Shown here: in pieces, positions 39,030 to 52,666 of the stretch
How the letters are laid out: each line of letters starts with the position of its first letter
How positions within the stretch are numbered: position 1 is the stretch's first letter
Origin: Camelus dromedarius
Taxonomy: Eukaryota
Direction of reading: 5' to 3'
DNA length: 64,000 nucleotides
Assembly: GCF_036321535.1 (NCBI RefSeq)
Contig: NC_087436.1
Span: forward strand, 46,688,001 to 46,752,000
Position numbers and translations under genes: made by a program
Notes under the pieces: model-generated
Databases searched by the model: none
What the model was told of the DNA's origin: nothing
Seen by the model: only the letters and a program-made list of their open reading frames with translations

Positions 39030-39091
39030 ACATGTGTTAATTATTGAAATATGGATAAATACATGTGTTAATTATTGAAATATGGATAAAT
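39030..39091. repeat. Perfect 31-bp tandem duplication
   Basis: acatgtgttaattattgaaatatggataaat x2. Confidence 0.95.
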
Positions 39092-40025
39092 TGTTTTCTG
39101 CAAAGGTGCAGTCGGGGATTAGTATGAAGTACAATAGTAAAAAGTTGGAAACTCTTCATTCCACTCATTTCCCATAAAAATGAAAAAAAGAAATCATTAA
39201 TTGTATTATAACTGTTGTGGAAACTTCAGGACTATAAAACAGGAAATTTGCCAAGGATCTCTCTGGCTGACCTTAAGTAACATTCAGCCTTCTTCCTTTT
39301 TCCCTTTCTCCCCTCCTTCCTTCCTTCCCCCAAAACATGTTTCTTAATTCTCAGCATGTGCAAGGCTCTGAACTAGTTACTGGAGCCCTAGCTATGAACA
39401 AGGCAGCACTGTCCCTGCCTTCTTGAAACTGTGCTTGGCAGAAGGGACAAGCGTGAAACAAGTAATTACAACGTGACTTACTGCGATACGAATATAAAAG
39501 AGGAGGACTTGCCAGATCTCAGGTGTAATGTTTGAGCTGAGATCTAAGAGGAGTAAAAGATGGTGCTTAGGCAAAGGGCAGATATAGGGAGCCCGGGAAA
39601 GCAATACCAGACCTAAGTTAACAGTAAGTGTAAATAAATGCCCAGGGGCAGTTTTGGATGGTCAGAACCGAGAGACAGAGACAGAGAGAGACCAGAGATG
39701 GGACTGAGCAGAAAGCCAAGTCCACATCGTGTTTGGCTGTAATATTCCCTCAGAAAGAAAAGAACCCCTTACAGCAGAAATACTGGACAGGGAATTTACT
39801 TGCTCAACAGTTTAAATGGCCATCCTGCTTCAATGTAACAATATATTTCAATGAAAACATTTTACTGAGAACAAGTTTTCAAAAAGTATATATGTATATA
39901 TATTTTAATAGTTTCGACTTTTATTAGACTACAAAATGGGTTTTCTAATGGGTGAACAAGAACAAGATCTATTAAGGGTACCCAACACCATCTGCTACGT
40001 TATGTTAATGTATCTACCTCCCAAT

Positions 40026-40056
40026 GTTTTTGTTTTGTTTTGTTTTGTTTTGTTTT
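40026..40056. repeat. (GTTTT)n microsatellite
   Basis: Directly visible. Confidence 0.9.
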
Positions 40057-42853
40057 AATCACAATTCAGTATTTAAAAGATAAAGCTTTTTTTTTTTTCA
40101 ACATTCACTATTGCTTAATAGCTGAATGCATGTGCTGTCCTAGATCATGAGGTTAGTGGTGCTTATTTCAATATTAAATAAAAGGATTCATTTTCATTGA
40201 AGCAAGCAGGGAATTAAGCTTACAACTTCAATTACCAATAATTAATTCCCTGCACTGCAAGCCATTGCAGTTTGCATTTAAACTCCCAATGCCCAACGGA
40301 TAACAAAAATCTATTTTGATCACTTTTTATTTTCATCATTTAAGGCGTACATCTTATTTCAATTAGGCACATGCATTTCCAGATCATAAGAGAGAACAAA
40401 TACCCCTTCTAAAAAATTAGGCGATTGGAGTAAGGGAGACTTTTAAGTGTGACAAAGAAATCCTGGGATCTTTTCATTTCTCTTGCTTTTATTGAAGGAG
40501 TGCTTACTATTGTGTAGAATTAGCTACCTCATATACACGAGCCTATTATTTACAAGCAGGTGGATCATTTCCCTAAATTTGTTTTTCCTTATGCATTAAG
40601 CTATTCTTTGGTGGTTTTTCACTATCTGAGAAAAAGAAAGCAATTGAGCACATGATTTAGAATAAGGGAAAATTAAGTCCTGCTCCAAAGCCGAGCCCAC
40701 CACCTTGGGCAGCAGGCATAAGGATCAGAAGATCTCCTCAGAAAGGGAGACTTGACCTGGAGATTGATGAGAGAGACTGAGCTCATCAGGATGTTCCACA
40801 TTTTTTTGGACAAGTTCTGAGCAATAGAAAGAAGCCGCCAGGGTGTCACCAAAGCAAAGACACAATCAGAGCCAGAGTTCTTAAGTTCTTAGAGATGAAA
40901 AGAGGTGCTTGGAATTAGATTTCACTGGAAACAGGCAGACCTGTGTGGCAAGCAGAAAATAAGTTCTAAGAAGCCTTACTTTTCGAGTTTTCAAAACATT
41001 AGTTTTCTTCCTGCTTGTGTTAACATTGCCACAAATATATCTCATAATTCATAATAATTGACCATATAACAATAATATTTTATTTAAGTGGAACTCAGTG
41101 AAATGAAACCATAAATTAACTTGAATTAACTTCTTCATTTGGCTTTCAGGAGAAAGAATGCAGTATCAGTCATTTAATAAAAAGTAGTAGCTACAATGGC
41201 AAGTTCTAAGGTTAGTACATACCCATCTCAGTCTTCAATCCACCCTGTACTATGGTCCAAACATATTTAGAATCTGATTGTCATACCCCACAAGATCCTT
41301 AGTATAGCAGTAATGCACTAAAAAAAAATTATACTTCCCATTTTAAGAAAACAAACCAGTATCAACCAATATATTTTAAATGATTCTATTAACAAGGATT
41401 GGAGCAAAGGACTTTCTGGCCAAGTGAACCTCAATGATTAAAAATGGTAATCGTTATGCAGCCTAACATTCAAGCATTCTGACTAATCCATCAACTTTTT
41501 CCATCATTAAGTAAAAATATATACTACATTGAAAGAGACCCAGCCATCAAATGAAGTTCAGCCAACAGTTTCTAAATGCAAGAAGAATTTGCTGAATATT
41601 ATTATACAAAACAAACAAAAACAGATGTCATGCTCCTGGAGGCCAAAAGCCACATCTACTAAAATCATTTAAACACAGAGACCCACCACTAGCCCTGCTT
41701 GATGATGCATTGTTAGCACAGCCAAATATTTCCACCCTAGGAAATCAAATAGAAATGATTTAATAAGTGATTTTACATGACAAACTTAGAGAAAGCATTA
41801 ATTTTTTTTCCATTACAGTTTTTGCTAATGAGCCATTCTGATAAAAGAAAGGTAGAGGAGAAGATTTAATTTCCTGGGAATGAAGATCAACTATGTGACA
41901 TTGATTTCTTGGTTTCTTTCTTTGTGATATTTTTAAGGTCAGACCTTCAACAATAAAGGTAAGTCACTCATCTTAGACTCTGTTACCTTCTGCTCCACAC
42001 CATCTGTTAGACAGAACCTCTCTCTCACTTTAAGCTTTTGGCTCCTTTTCAGAGGTCTGTTTTGGTTTGTTTTGTGTGTTGTTTGATTGTGTGTGTGGGG
42101 TATGGTGGTGATATATTTTTTGGGTGGTTTCAAGCACAATGGATATTATTAGCCAAATATCCCTACTAGACCACACAGCTCTGAGACCCAATCCCCAGTA
42201 ATAGGTAGCCGCAGGGAACAAAGAGGGAGAGAAGGCTCAAATTTGCTTGGTGGAGAAACTTAAGGCATAGGTCTGGGACAAGAAGCAGCTGATCTGATGG
42301 ATTTGCCATTACACAGCTGTTCTTGCCTGGGAAGAGGACAGGGAACACTTGTACTGCTTTCCAAGATTCTGTAAATGGTGAACTCTGAGGCACAGCATAG
42401 CCCAGCTAAATCATCTGGGTAAGTGTATGAGATCCGAGACGAGAGTAGAAGTAGATTAGTCAGAAGCAGTGAGATCTTTGTTGTTACCAGTAGGCTTAGT
42501 AGTGACACCATTTAAGGCCATCTTCTGTCTGGAGTAAATGGTTAAGACTCCATTATGCTTGATCTCATGTCTTCTCAGTTGTGCTCTGATGCTCAGCTTA
42601 GATGATCTGCTGGTGACGAATTACTGTGGTGAGAGGAGAGTACAGTGTTGCAGTGAGTACCTCGCTAGGGGTGCAGACTGACAGTGCAACACCACTCTTA
42701 CTGCCCATGCCCAGAGAGTTCAAGTGGCTTAAAATTAATGGAAGTCATAAAACTAGTTAATCAAACACAGGCTTGAACTCAGATTTCTTATCTTCTCACT
42801 TTACCATACTGACTATAAATGGTTCCAGTGTTTAATAGACTGCTGTTCCTCAC

Positions 42854-43351
42854 TGTGAGAAGCAGAACAACGCCACCCCCCCCACCATGTCTACACCCTA
42901 AACTTTGGAAGCTATGAGTATGTTTTGTTAAATGGCAAAGAGAATTAGGGTTGCAGATGGAATTAAGGTTGCTAAACTGAGTTTAAAATAGGAAGATTAT
43001 CCTGGAATATCAGGATGAGTACAGTGTAATCACAGAGGTCTGAAATGTAGAAGAAGAAAGTAGAAAGTCAGTGTCGGTGATGTAATGTGAGAAGGACTTC
43101 ACGCTGCTGACTTTGACATTGGAAGGGGGCCACCAGCCAAGGAATGTAGGCAGCCTCTAGAAACTAAAAAGGCAAGAAAACAGATTTTCCCCTAGCACCC
43201 CAGAAAGGCATGCCCTACCAACTTCCTGATTTTAGCCCAGTGAGACTCATTTCAGACTTCTGACTTCCAGCACTGTAAGATAATAAATTTGTGTGGTTTA
43301 AACCACTAAATTTGTGGAAATCTATTACAGCAACTGTAGGAAACTAATACA
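42854..43351 (+). mobile_element. Full-length MLT1 (D/E-like) solo LTR
   Basis: TG...CA ends (tgtgagaagcagaa ... ggaaactaataca), gacttctgacttccag..gtaagataataaatttgtgt; 4/5 TSD ctcac/ctctc. Confidence 0.85.
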
Positions 43352-43469
43352 CTCTCTAAAGTGTCTAAAAATAAACACATGATAAAAACTCAGTAATGTG
43401 TCCTACTATTTTTTAAAAAGGATCTATTCTTCCTTTGAGGTTTGATCTTTAACAATTAGGAACAGCAGC

Positions 43470-43700
43470 AAATATTCAAGTATAATACCTATTATATGTC
43501 AAGAACTGTTCTCAATGTTAGATACATTAACTCATTTAAACCTTTCAGAACATTATAAGGTGTTTCTGTTATCATCCCCACTTTATAGAGAAGAAAACTG
43601 AGACACAGAGAACTCATGCAATTTGTCCAAGGTCACAAAGCAGGACATTTGCAGAGCTGGGATTGAACCCAGACTAGAGTCTGTACACTGCAGTGCTATT
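43470..43700 (-). mobile_element. MIR SINE
   Basis: ccccactttatagagaagaaaactgagacacagaga..ccaaggtcaca..gagctgggattgaaccc. Confidence 0.75.
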
Positions 43701-45780
43701 CTGCTACTCTCAATGGTAGTGACCCAACACATGTCATCCTTACCTTGAGTCAACATAGATGATCTTGTCTTTTATGCAAGAACTTAACAAAATTGCTGTT
43801 GGAGATTTGTTTTCTAGTTCATAGATTGTATTCTTTGAAATATTTTTAGCTTTTTCTTATAGGCTTCCCATGCTGTTACTTCACCTTTTCTCACTTAGCA
43901 CTGAGACTGTTTTCATGTTAATCACCAAAAATTTCATAGCTTTGCAGATGTGGATTATTCGAGAACTGATCAACATGTCTGGTTTCGCAGCTCAGTTGTC
44001 TCTCTTCCTTTTTGCCTCTTGCCCTGTTGAGATACCTTACCCCATCTACTAGTCTACTTGCAGTGAAGGGCAGAGGAAGTGAAAATAAAATCTGCAGATT
44101 TAGTTACTTGTAAACAGCTCTTGACAAAAGAACAGTTTTGCCCATCGTTGCTGGATTTTTTTGCTGTTTGTTTTCAAATGAAACTTAAGCTTCTTGTGTT
44201 CCAATGATGTCTTATATTTAGACATAATTTTCTTTTAAGTTTTCATTTCTACTGTAGGCTTTTGAGATTCGTTAATATGATTTGTTCATGCCATACTGTA
44301 CTCTCTGTTATCACAGATGATCAAGAATTGGCTTTAATCATGTTTTGCTTTGCTTTGTTTTGTTTTGGTCTCCAGACACAGAAAACCAAAATAAGAAGTC
44401 AAAATCAGTTTATTCTTCAAGGTTTTCTTCCCATTTAAAATATGCTCCACTCTGTGTGATTGCCCATGAATGGAAATAGATTAGTAATGGCTGATAGATC
44501 TGTGGGGACTGTCCAAAGTATTTCTGAAGAGAAGTTTATGGAAAAATCCGGGCTGTATAGAAGAGTTTGGTGATCTAGATGTTCACTAGTAGAGGGAGAT
44601 GTCTGTTTTGGAGGTGAGCTAGGTATTACAGCGGCCACACATTTGCCATACCTCCTGTCATGAGGCAAGAACTGTTTCATCATAAATTCTTGCTGAGCTT
44701 CTGTGTGGACAAACTTAGGTCTAGGCAGCACCATCTGTTTCAACCTTACCATTTTCCTGAATCCCCAGACTTTTCAAAAAAATTGAAACTACATAAAAAC
44801 ACATAGAAGATACTGTGTAAGTCTCTAAAATATAGCCTAAAATGAATGGAATTAAGTTAAATATAGAGAGTTTTAGGCTTCAAGTAATATTTTACCAACT
44901 TGAAGGATTATTAGGTAATGCCAGAGGTCATCAACAGCTGATATAAACTTTCTTTTTAACATAACAATGGCTATCATTTCTTGAGTTCTTTTATTTGTAA
45001 GGCCCTTTGTTCAGCAACCTTATATATTTAACTTATTTTATCCTCATTCAAGCCCACAAGGTAGATATCTTAAACGCCCCTTCTGCAGAAGAGAAAATTG
45101 AGGCCAGTGAGGTTAAGTAAGTTTTATTCGGTCCCAGAGGAATCTCTCTGGAAAGCTTTGGGAAGATTGCCTTCTAGAGAAAAAACAAATCAGATAGATG
45201 CCCTTTGAATGCACCTCAGCCTAGAGATGAAACTGAACCCACTTCTTACTATCCCCATTTGAAAAAGTAAGCGTTACCAAAATAGAAACTGAACAATGTT
45301 TGAAGCCATGGAGGGATTAGACAGGGCCAGATCTCAGCAATGTCTACCTCTCAGGACTGTGTGAAGATGGCGCAACCAGTCTCTCTCAGTTTCTTTTATC
45401 TCTTTCTAGGTCAGTCCCTGCAGGGGTTCAGTCCTGTCAGTTACCCTTCTCTGCGTTGCCTATCAATTATTTGCTGTCTTGCTCTGGGGTTGTGATATTT
45501 AAAAGAAGATATATATCAAGCTGTGAGGTTTTGCTTGAATTTTCTGGGAACTTGCCTCAGTTTTCTGCTTAATTTTTGCTTTGGAGACTAGTTATACAAT
45601 GGGGTGGATTTCCTTTTGCATCAGAGGTCATTGCAGAAAGTTTGGAAAGCTTGATCATTAACAAGGACTCAAATCAGACCTCTGGCAGGAACTTAAACTG
45701 AATGGAATATACGTTGAGAGACTATTTGGATGTTCTTTTGAGGCTTTGTCTGGATTCAAGCTTTCAAAAATACATAGCTT

Positions 45781-45783
<3 letters not shown>

Positions 45784-45816
<33 letters not shown>

Positions 45817-45823
45817 TACACAC
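45784..45823. repeat. (CA)n microsatellite
   Basis: Directly visible. Confidence 0.95.
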
Positions 45824-46344
45824 AGCTTCAGCTTCAAATTGGTTCATAAGGTGTGCCTCTTAAAACACTAATTTGGGTCACACAGGCCAGGAAGAAATAT
45901 TTCGGTGAACTATTTTGATTAATTCTAGCTTTCAGGATTAAAGTGAAGTTAAAGTTACCATGTCTGCCATTTTTGACAGCCAGGTGAGTGGAAAAGAAAA
46001 GTACTTTCAGAACTCAAGAGATTCAGAGAATTGCATGGAAAAACTGAATCCTTGTACTTTGAAGAGGCACCTGGGACGATGACGGTTAAATATCATGTTG
46101 CATAGATTACTAAGTACCTTTTAGTATTTCATACTGGTTACTTACGCCTTTTAGTTAGACTAGTACTTTCAGTGTCACTGCATAGACTTTGTGTTTACTA
46201 CTCAGTTTACCACCCAGGTGATGTTCTCTCTTGTTATAAGGGTGATGGAGAGACTAGATTCCTTTTAGCAAGTCCCTGCTGAGGCGATAGAGGCTTGTGA
46301 CAAGATCTCTATGTGTTCATCAAAACCTATTTGTTACCTACTAG

Positions 46345-46676
46345 TAGACAGCCAGTCTACATTTGCCAGCCTCCCCTGTACTTAGTTGTGACCACGTAAC
46401 TGAGTTGAAACAGTGGTGGAAATGAGGTACGATACTTTTAGGCCTAGGCTTTCCTCCCCCCAAGTTCCTGCAGTACGCTTCATAGTCTCTCTCTGGATCA
46501 GGTAGTCCATCCTCTGACTGTACGATCCAAGAGAGAACTCTGAAACCCTCATTAATTTTGAAGCCACAGTGGGAACCATCACATTGGACATTGTGTGTGA
46601 GGGAGAAACTTTCATTGTGTGCCACTGAGATCATGGGGTCTGTTATAGCAGTTAGCACTACTTACCGTAACTAGTA
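46345..46676 (+). mobile_element. MLT1 (I/J-like) LTR fragment
   Basis: acatttgccagcctcccctg..gtgaccacgtaactgagtt; gccactgagat..gggtctgttatagcag. Confidence 0.6.
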
Positions 46677-49600
46677 AAGAAATGGTTTATACAATCAAGA
46701 TAAAAGATAGTGTTATTATTAGCAGGCTTGAGTAAATAATACTGCATCACTTTTACAGGTTAAAGCAGATTTGAGTTAAGATCTCAAAATCTATACTTTT
46801 CCTATTGCTGTAGCATACAGTACCAAAAGAACAAATTGAAAATTCAGTACATGGAGCATTGAGTTATTTGTTATCATGTCCAACAACTGGTTTGTCCAAT
46901 ATTTAAATTAAAATTAACAGGTATTTAAATTCAAGAAGCTAGTTGTTTACATGACAAAAAAAGTTTACAAGTGATCCTCTTGCTTAAGAACATGAGGAAT
47001 TTGGAGGGGTTTTTTCCATCTGTTTTCAACACAGTAAAATTAACCGAATTTTAAAATCTTTTTAAACCTTCAGTTTATCTGACGGCATTTGAATATTCAA
47101 CTTAAAGTAGCAACATTTAATTTATCTTGAATATCTCAATGCTACCTTAAGCAATTTAGTTTATTTCTGTACTTAATCTTTTGTTTCTTAGAGAACTGTC
47201 CAAGTGAATTTAGAATCTTTGGGGGTGAAATGACAGGGAATATGATATAAAGCAGTCAATTATTTATTATAACATCCACTATTAGACTGTCCTGTGAAAA
47301 GCAAAGTAGTAAGAGGATAACAAGTACTTTATGAACAAATGTACTTTCAAATAATCTTAAGCTATGATGGGAGAAAGAAGTGGAATTTTTAAAATCTCAG
47401 TGGGAGAGCGTGGATGCTTTTTGGAACATAAATTGGAAGCTACTTATTAAACAAGGGTAATTTGTTCTGAGTCCACACCACAAAATGGCTTCAAACGTTT
47501 TTAAAGTAGGTCATCTGAGTGCTCTAAAATGTTTGGCATATGGTAACCTTCTTTAGCACATTCATGTGATAGTTAAGAGTGTATCCCAATAGCATCCTTG
47601 GGATTTCTGATCATATCAAAGCATCATCAAGGAGCAGTAATGAGACAGTTTGTTTAATTGAAATACTTTAAATTACCATGTAGTATAGCATGAAAAAATT
47701 ATTATTTTCACTAGCTGAACTATTTCTGCTAGTCCCAAACTAAAAGTCCTAATATTGGAGCATGATATAATGCATTGTAAAATCTGTTAAACAGCAGGTC
47801 ACAAAGAGGTATTTATATAAAAGAATTCATTTAAAACACCAAGATTTTTGCCTTAAGGTTACTCTTAGGCATCAATATCCCATTGCCAATTCTGCCAAGC
47901 CAGAGGAAATATCAACCAGAAATAGGCCCCATGTATAAAAATAAAAAATTAATATTTGTGGTATCACCATTTATCACTCTCTTTGTCTTAGCAGGCAATA
48001 TAGCTTCTGTGTTAACACACAGGCAGAGTAAGTTCCTCTAGACACAGTCCATTTAAGAGTTTTTCTTTGAGTATTTTTATTACTGAAGATAAACTTATTT
48101 TGACTTAAGAACCTATCTATAGGCAAGTGGAAAAATTCATATAACATTTGTCATGATTGTCTTTCCATTGAAAGAACTGGCTAACAGCAGAATATCAGAA
48201 TGAAATTTCCCATTTGGTTAAAATAGGATCTACCTCAACATAAACACTTTAGTTTTTAAGGAGCACCAAAAAGTATCCTAACAATTGTGCCCCTCACTCA
48301 ACTATCTTCTGTTTCATGAGCTAGATCAAGAGGATCCCGTGGCAAAGGATGGAGTGTGAAAGATGCATAAGAGGGGACAGGAATCTCCTCTGTAGCCTAA
48401 CCTAACATCACCTAAGGATACAGTTTGCTTTATTATGTAAGTCGTAACTTACGAAGAAAAAGAACAAGGCTCAAGTCTGGTGACTGAGAACTGGTTTGAT
48501 GAATCTTAAAACTTAGATGCAGAGTATTAGCAATTGAAAAAGACATTCTTCGCTTTTTTTGAGTGATAGCAAAGGCTTGAATTATTTGTTTTTGTTTTGT
48601 ACAAAGGAATAGTTATAATGAGAATATTTGATTTTTTATAGATTAGTTACCTGGAGGCAATGTGATTTTTTTTTCATTTATTTTTCTGTAAATTTTTGTG
48701 GAATGTTAATTTTGCTGGTCTGCTTTCTGGTTAAATGTTTTAGGTGCTGTTTTGTTAATTATTATCCCAATAATCAAGTTTAAAAATTTCCCTAGGTTCA
48801 TACAGTAAGTATCTATGGACAAGGAGAATTGGACCCAGGAATCCTTGTTTCGTTAGTTGTCTTATATGTCTGACATTTTGTGTATAATACATATGTGATT
48901 TTAAGGGTCCTCTTTTAGGGTCCCTGGAGGAACTCCTCTCACAAAATAGTATTAGTGTATTAATAGACTATGCCAGTTATTTTCCCTTACATGTTATGAA
49001 CTAGAAAGTTGAATTTTCCAGCTTGTAAAAAAAAAAAAAACAAACAAAAAACAAATGTTTAGATTGTGGGTCCCTTGAGTCCTGTACTCGGTTGGAGTTT
49101 TATTTTCCCATCCCTGATCCAATCTGAAGTTCTTTGTCTACAATTCAATCTCTGTGGCTTTAATCATTTTGGATTGTACCAATGGCTTTTCAATAATAAA
49201 AGAAATGGGGATCCAGGCTTGGCATGGGACAAGTCTCTTTAGCTGGAGTAAGACATTACATATGAGTTGTCTACCCACAAAAGGGCTCAGTCTCAGATTA
49301 AATTAATGAGCTGCATGTTTTAATCATTAAGGTAATAGCAACATGTGGATTCTTTGCCTCTGTTTTAATCATGTCTGTTTTTACCAGCTAGATCATCAAA
49401 TGCTTTCTTTTGAGAAGCCTTCCCATTTCATTGCAGAGAATAGCTTCTATGTGGGGCAGAAATAAATGCTTTGGAGACCTAAGAAACAATAACTTTATAC
49501 ATCAGGGTTCAGTGAAATTTATAGCTATGTCTTTGTCCTTCATTGCTGGAATTTGGAGAGACAAGGCTGTAGCCACCATTAGCAAATGGAACCAGCACAG

Positions 49601-50584
49601 GTTCCAACTTGCAAAGAGTTGAAGTATAAGAGGCGAATCGTAGGTCTCAGCAGCTGAGGTTGAAATGAATCATTTTGTGAACCATGGTTAGCATTTAGAC
49701 CAGGTGAGTTGAAAGAGATACTGCCGACTAAGCCAGTGAATGTGGGGGCTCTGAATGCTTTGCCTCAGCCGGAAATTGCTTTATGCAGACTTTCAACTTG
49801 CAGGCTGGTATCTGCTCGGCAAATGTCGGCAAGAGGACTTGCTCTACTCAGGAGAATCCGTGGTGAGCAGATCAGGACACGTCTCCTAGACCAGACAGAC
49901 CAAATAAAGCATGTTTTAGGATAGGATGTATGTGTTTTAGCACCATTTTTGTTCTCCTCAGATATTTAGGCTATGGCCAGATGAAACCTAGAGCATAGGT
50001 TCAAAATAAGAAAATCCAATATATTGGGTATTTTGTTTGGGTGATGCCAAACACATGGCTTAACTGATTTTTCATGTACTTTGCTAAATTAAAACAACCA
50101 TCTGTGAGCTCAGTGGGATTATTGCTATCCAGTGTGTTACCACAGCAGTTGTTCGTAGCTTGAACACAGCTTGTGCTTAATGTGTTACAGTGGGTCACAT
50201 CATTCAACTGTGAGCTTCTAGAGGGCAGGGCCAGTACCACATTGTCTGTGTGTCTTCAGGTCCCACACACAGCTGATGCTCCATTCAAGATTGTAGAACA
50301 GAATTGATAGTGTAGGGATAAACAGAAAGTTTCTGCTTTCCTTTCTGGAAATTGTGTGAGTCCAAGGAGCATGGGGCCAGTGTTGGGGTGGGGATTTAGA
50401 AATACAAAATTATAGATTAGAGGAGTCTCAAAGATCCCATAGTTCAACAGCCTTGTTTTACAGATGAGGAAAGTGAGGTCCAGAGAGGTCAATGATTTGA
50501 TCAAGGTCACTTCGTTGGTGGCAGAACCAGGATTGGAATGACTTAGCATTTACCAAAAGCTACTATAGGCTGGGAATGTGCTAG

Positions 50585-51518
50585 CTGTGCATGGTCCAGT
50601 ATGATAGTGTGTTAGCCAGGGTTCTCCAGAGAAATAAAATCTATATATAGTCATTCATTCTTATGAAATTATGAGGAATTGGCTCACACCATTATAGGGA
50701 CTGAGAAGTCCTAAGATCTGCCATCTGCAAGCTGGAGACCCAGGAAAGCTGATGGTGTGATTCAGTCCAAGTCCAAAGGCCTGAGAGGCAGTGGGGGTGG
50801 GGGGCAATGGTATAAATCCCAGGCCAAGGGCAAGAAAAGATATCAGATGTCCCAGCTCAAGCAGTAAGGCAGGAAAAAGGAGATGGATTTCTCCTTCTTC
50901 TGCCTTTTTGCTCTGTTCAGGCTTTCAACAGTTTGGAGGGTGAGAGAGACACCACTTTGGAGAGAGCCATGTACTTTAGTGAGTGCACTGATTCAAATAC
51001 TAATCTCATCCCAAATCACTCCCGCAGACACACCCAGAAATGATGTTTAATCTGGGCCACCCATTAGCCAGTCAAGTGGGCACAAAATCATTTATCGCAG
51101 TTAGCGACTAGCCTCGCAGGGATAATGAGCACTGGAAATGTGACAAGAGAGAGAGATGGTGGTACTGAATTTCAGAGTTTACTTAATTTTAAAACTGAAG
51201 CAGTGTAAAATATTCTTTCATTAAAAACACCTTTATTGCTTTTGTAGATTGTAATCATTGAAAATTTTGTGTCTGAATTGAGATGTGCTATCAGTATAAG
51301 GTAAACACTGGATTTTGAAGACCTATCATGAAAAAAAGTGTAAAATATCTTGTTAGTACATTTTTATACTGATTACACATTGAAATGATAATATTTCATT
51401 TGGGTTCTATGGGGTTAAATGACACTCATTTGTTTCCTTTTACTGTTTTTAGCACAGCCACTAGAAATTTTAAGTGACATGTGTAGCTTGCATTATATTT
51501 CTATTGGATAGCTTTGTG
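50585..51518. mobile_element. MER33/MER3-like hAT element interrupted by an MLT2 LTR
   Basis: gtccagtatgatag | LTR | gttagcgactagcc..gagcactggaaatgtg ... cattatatttctattggatagc. Confidence 0.7.
50608..51099 (-). mobile_element. MLT2B-like ERVL solo LTR
   Basis: tgtgttagccagggttctccagaga..gaggaattggctcacaccattat..gcaagctggagacccaggaaag..ccagtcaagt; TSD gatag/gttag. Confidence 0.85.
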
Positions 51519-52647
51519 CTAGGCACTTGACATACATTATTTCATTTAATCTTTACAACAGCTGTCTCTGTGTCATTTTCTCCAGTGGATAGATGAGGAA
51601 ACTAAGAATGAGAGGAGTTAAAGTGTTTGCAGAAAGTCAAACCACAAGAAAATGGCAGACTCGGGATGGTACCAGATCTGGCTGACTTGGCAGCCTGTGC
51701 TCTTTCTAGGGACTGTTCTGGCCCCAGCCTTCCGGATACTGCCTCAGTATCCAATGTACTTCCGATATACAGGCTGACCTGTAGATTCTAATACAGAGAC
51801 TCATCATTCGTTTATTTATTTTCACTGACCACTTCATAGGAAAAAAATGAAAAATTTTATGTACTGACTGACTGAAAAATTTTATGTATTTGACCTTCAG
51901 GCTCTTGGGTTCTGCTCTACATGTGTCTCCTAAAAATTGTGAAAACTAAGCATGTGTAATAAATTCATTTTAGAGAATTTTTATATTTTTGTTTGCTTCA
52001 ATTGTAATAATTAAAAAAAATAATTCCCTAACTCAACAATTATGCTTCTGGTTAAAATCATATATTAAAATTGATTTATCCTTTTTTACTGATTCGTCTG
52101 TTTTTCTATGACAAGTGGGTCATATGTTTAGAAAAGAATTAACATTATTTTGGAACTAACATTACCTGGAAAAAATTAAAATTAATTAAAATTAAATTAA
52201 AAAACTATTTAATTTTAAATGAAAAATAATTAAAATAAATTTTAAAACAAATATATTTTAATATTTGCTTTGGCCTCGTTTCCAGTATAGGTCTGAGTTT
52301 TGCCCAGGTAAGAAAAACAAAAAAATAACCTGGAAGTTCTGTGTAAAGCATATTTTCTGCACAGGCAAAGATGCTTCTTTCTTACTGCTGTTTGAGACTT
52401 GGAAATTCTATCACAAATTTCCTCTGAGTTCTAATAACATTGCCCAAATGCAGATATATGCCTAAAGACGTGGCAAAAAAGTTGAAATGCATGAACCCAT
52501 AAACACCACTTTTGGTGAGAGAGTATCAGATCTTCCCAAAGACTATAAATTCACCCAGAATCTGTATTTGTAGAAAGACCTGCAAATACCTTCTCATCTC
52601 TCCCAGCTAGAAGAGAATTTGCAATAATTTAACTGCAATTGCATTTA

Positions 52648-52666
52648 CTGTCAATAGAGGGCGCCA
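52648..52666 (+). promoter_or_regulatory. Candidate CTCF site
   Basis: ctgtcaatagagggcgcca with an upstream tgcaat; the CpG is retained in AT-rich, non-repeat context. Confidence 0.5.

Noticed and set aside
44435..44752. 105-aa ORF in non-repeat sequence
   Set aside because: No recognisable homology, promoter or splice context; the length is compatible with chance.
51848..51888. 16-bp direct repeat with a 9-nt spacer (array-like)
   Set aside because: Only two AT-rich copies from local slippage; no CRISPR-like array, and the DNA is mammalian.
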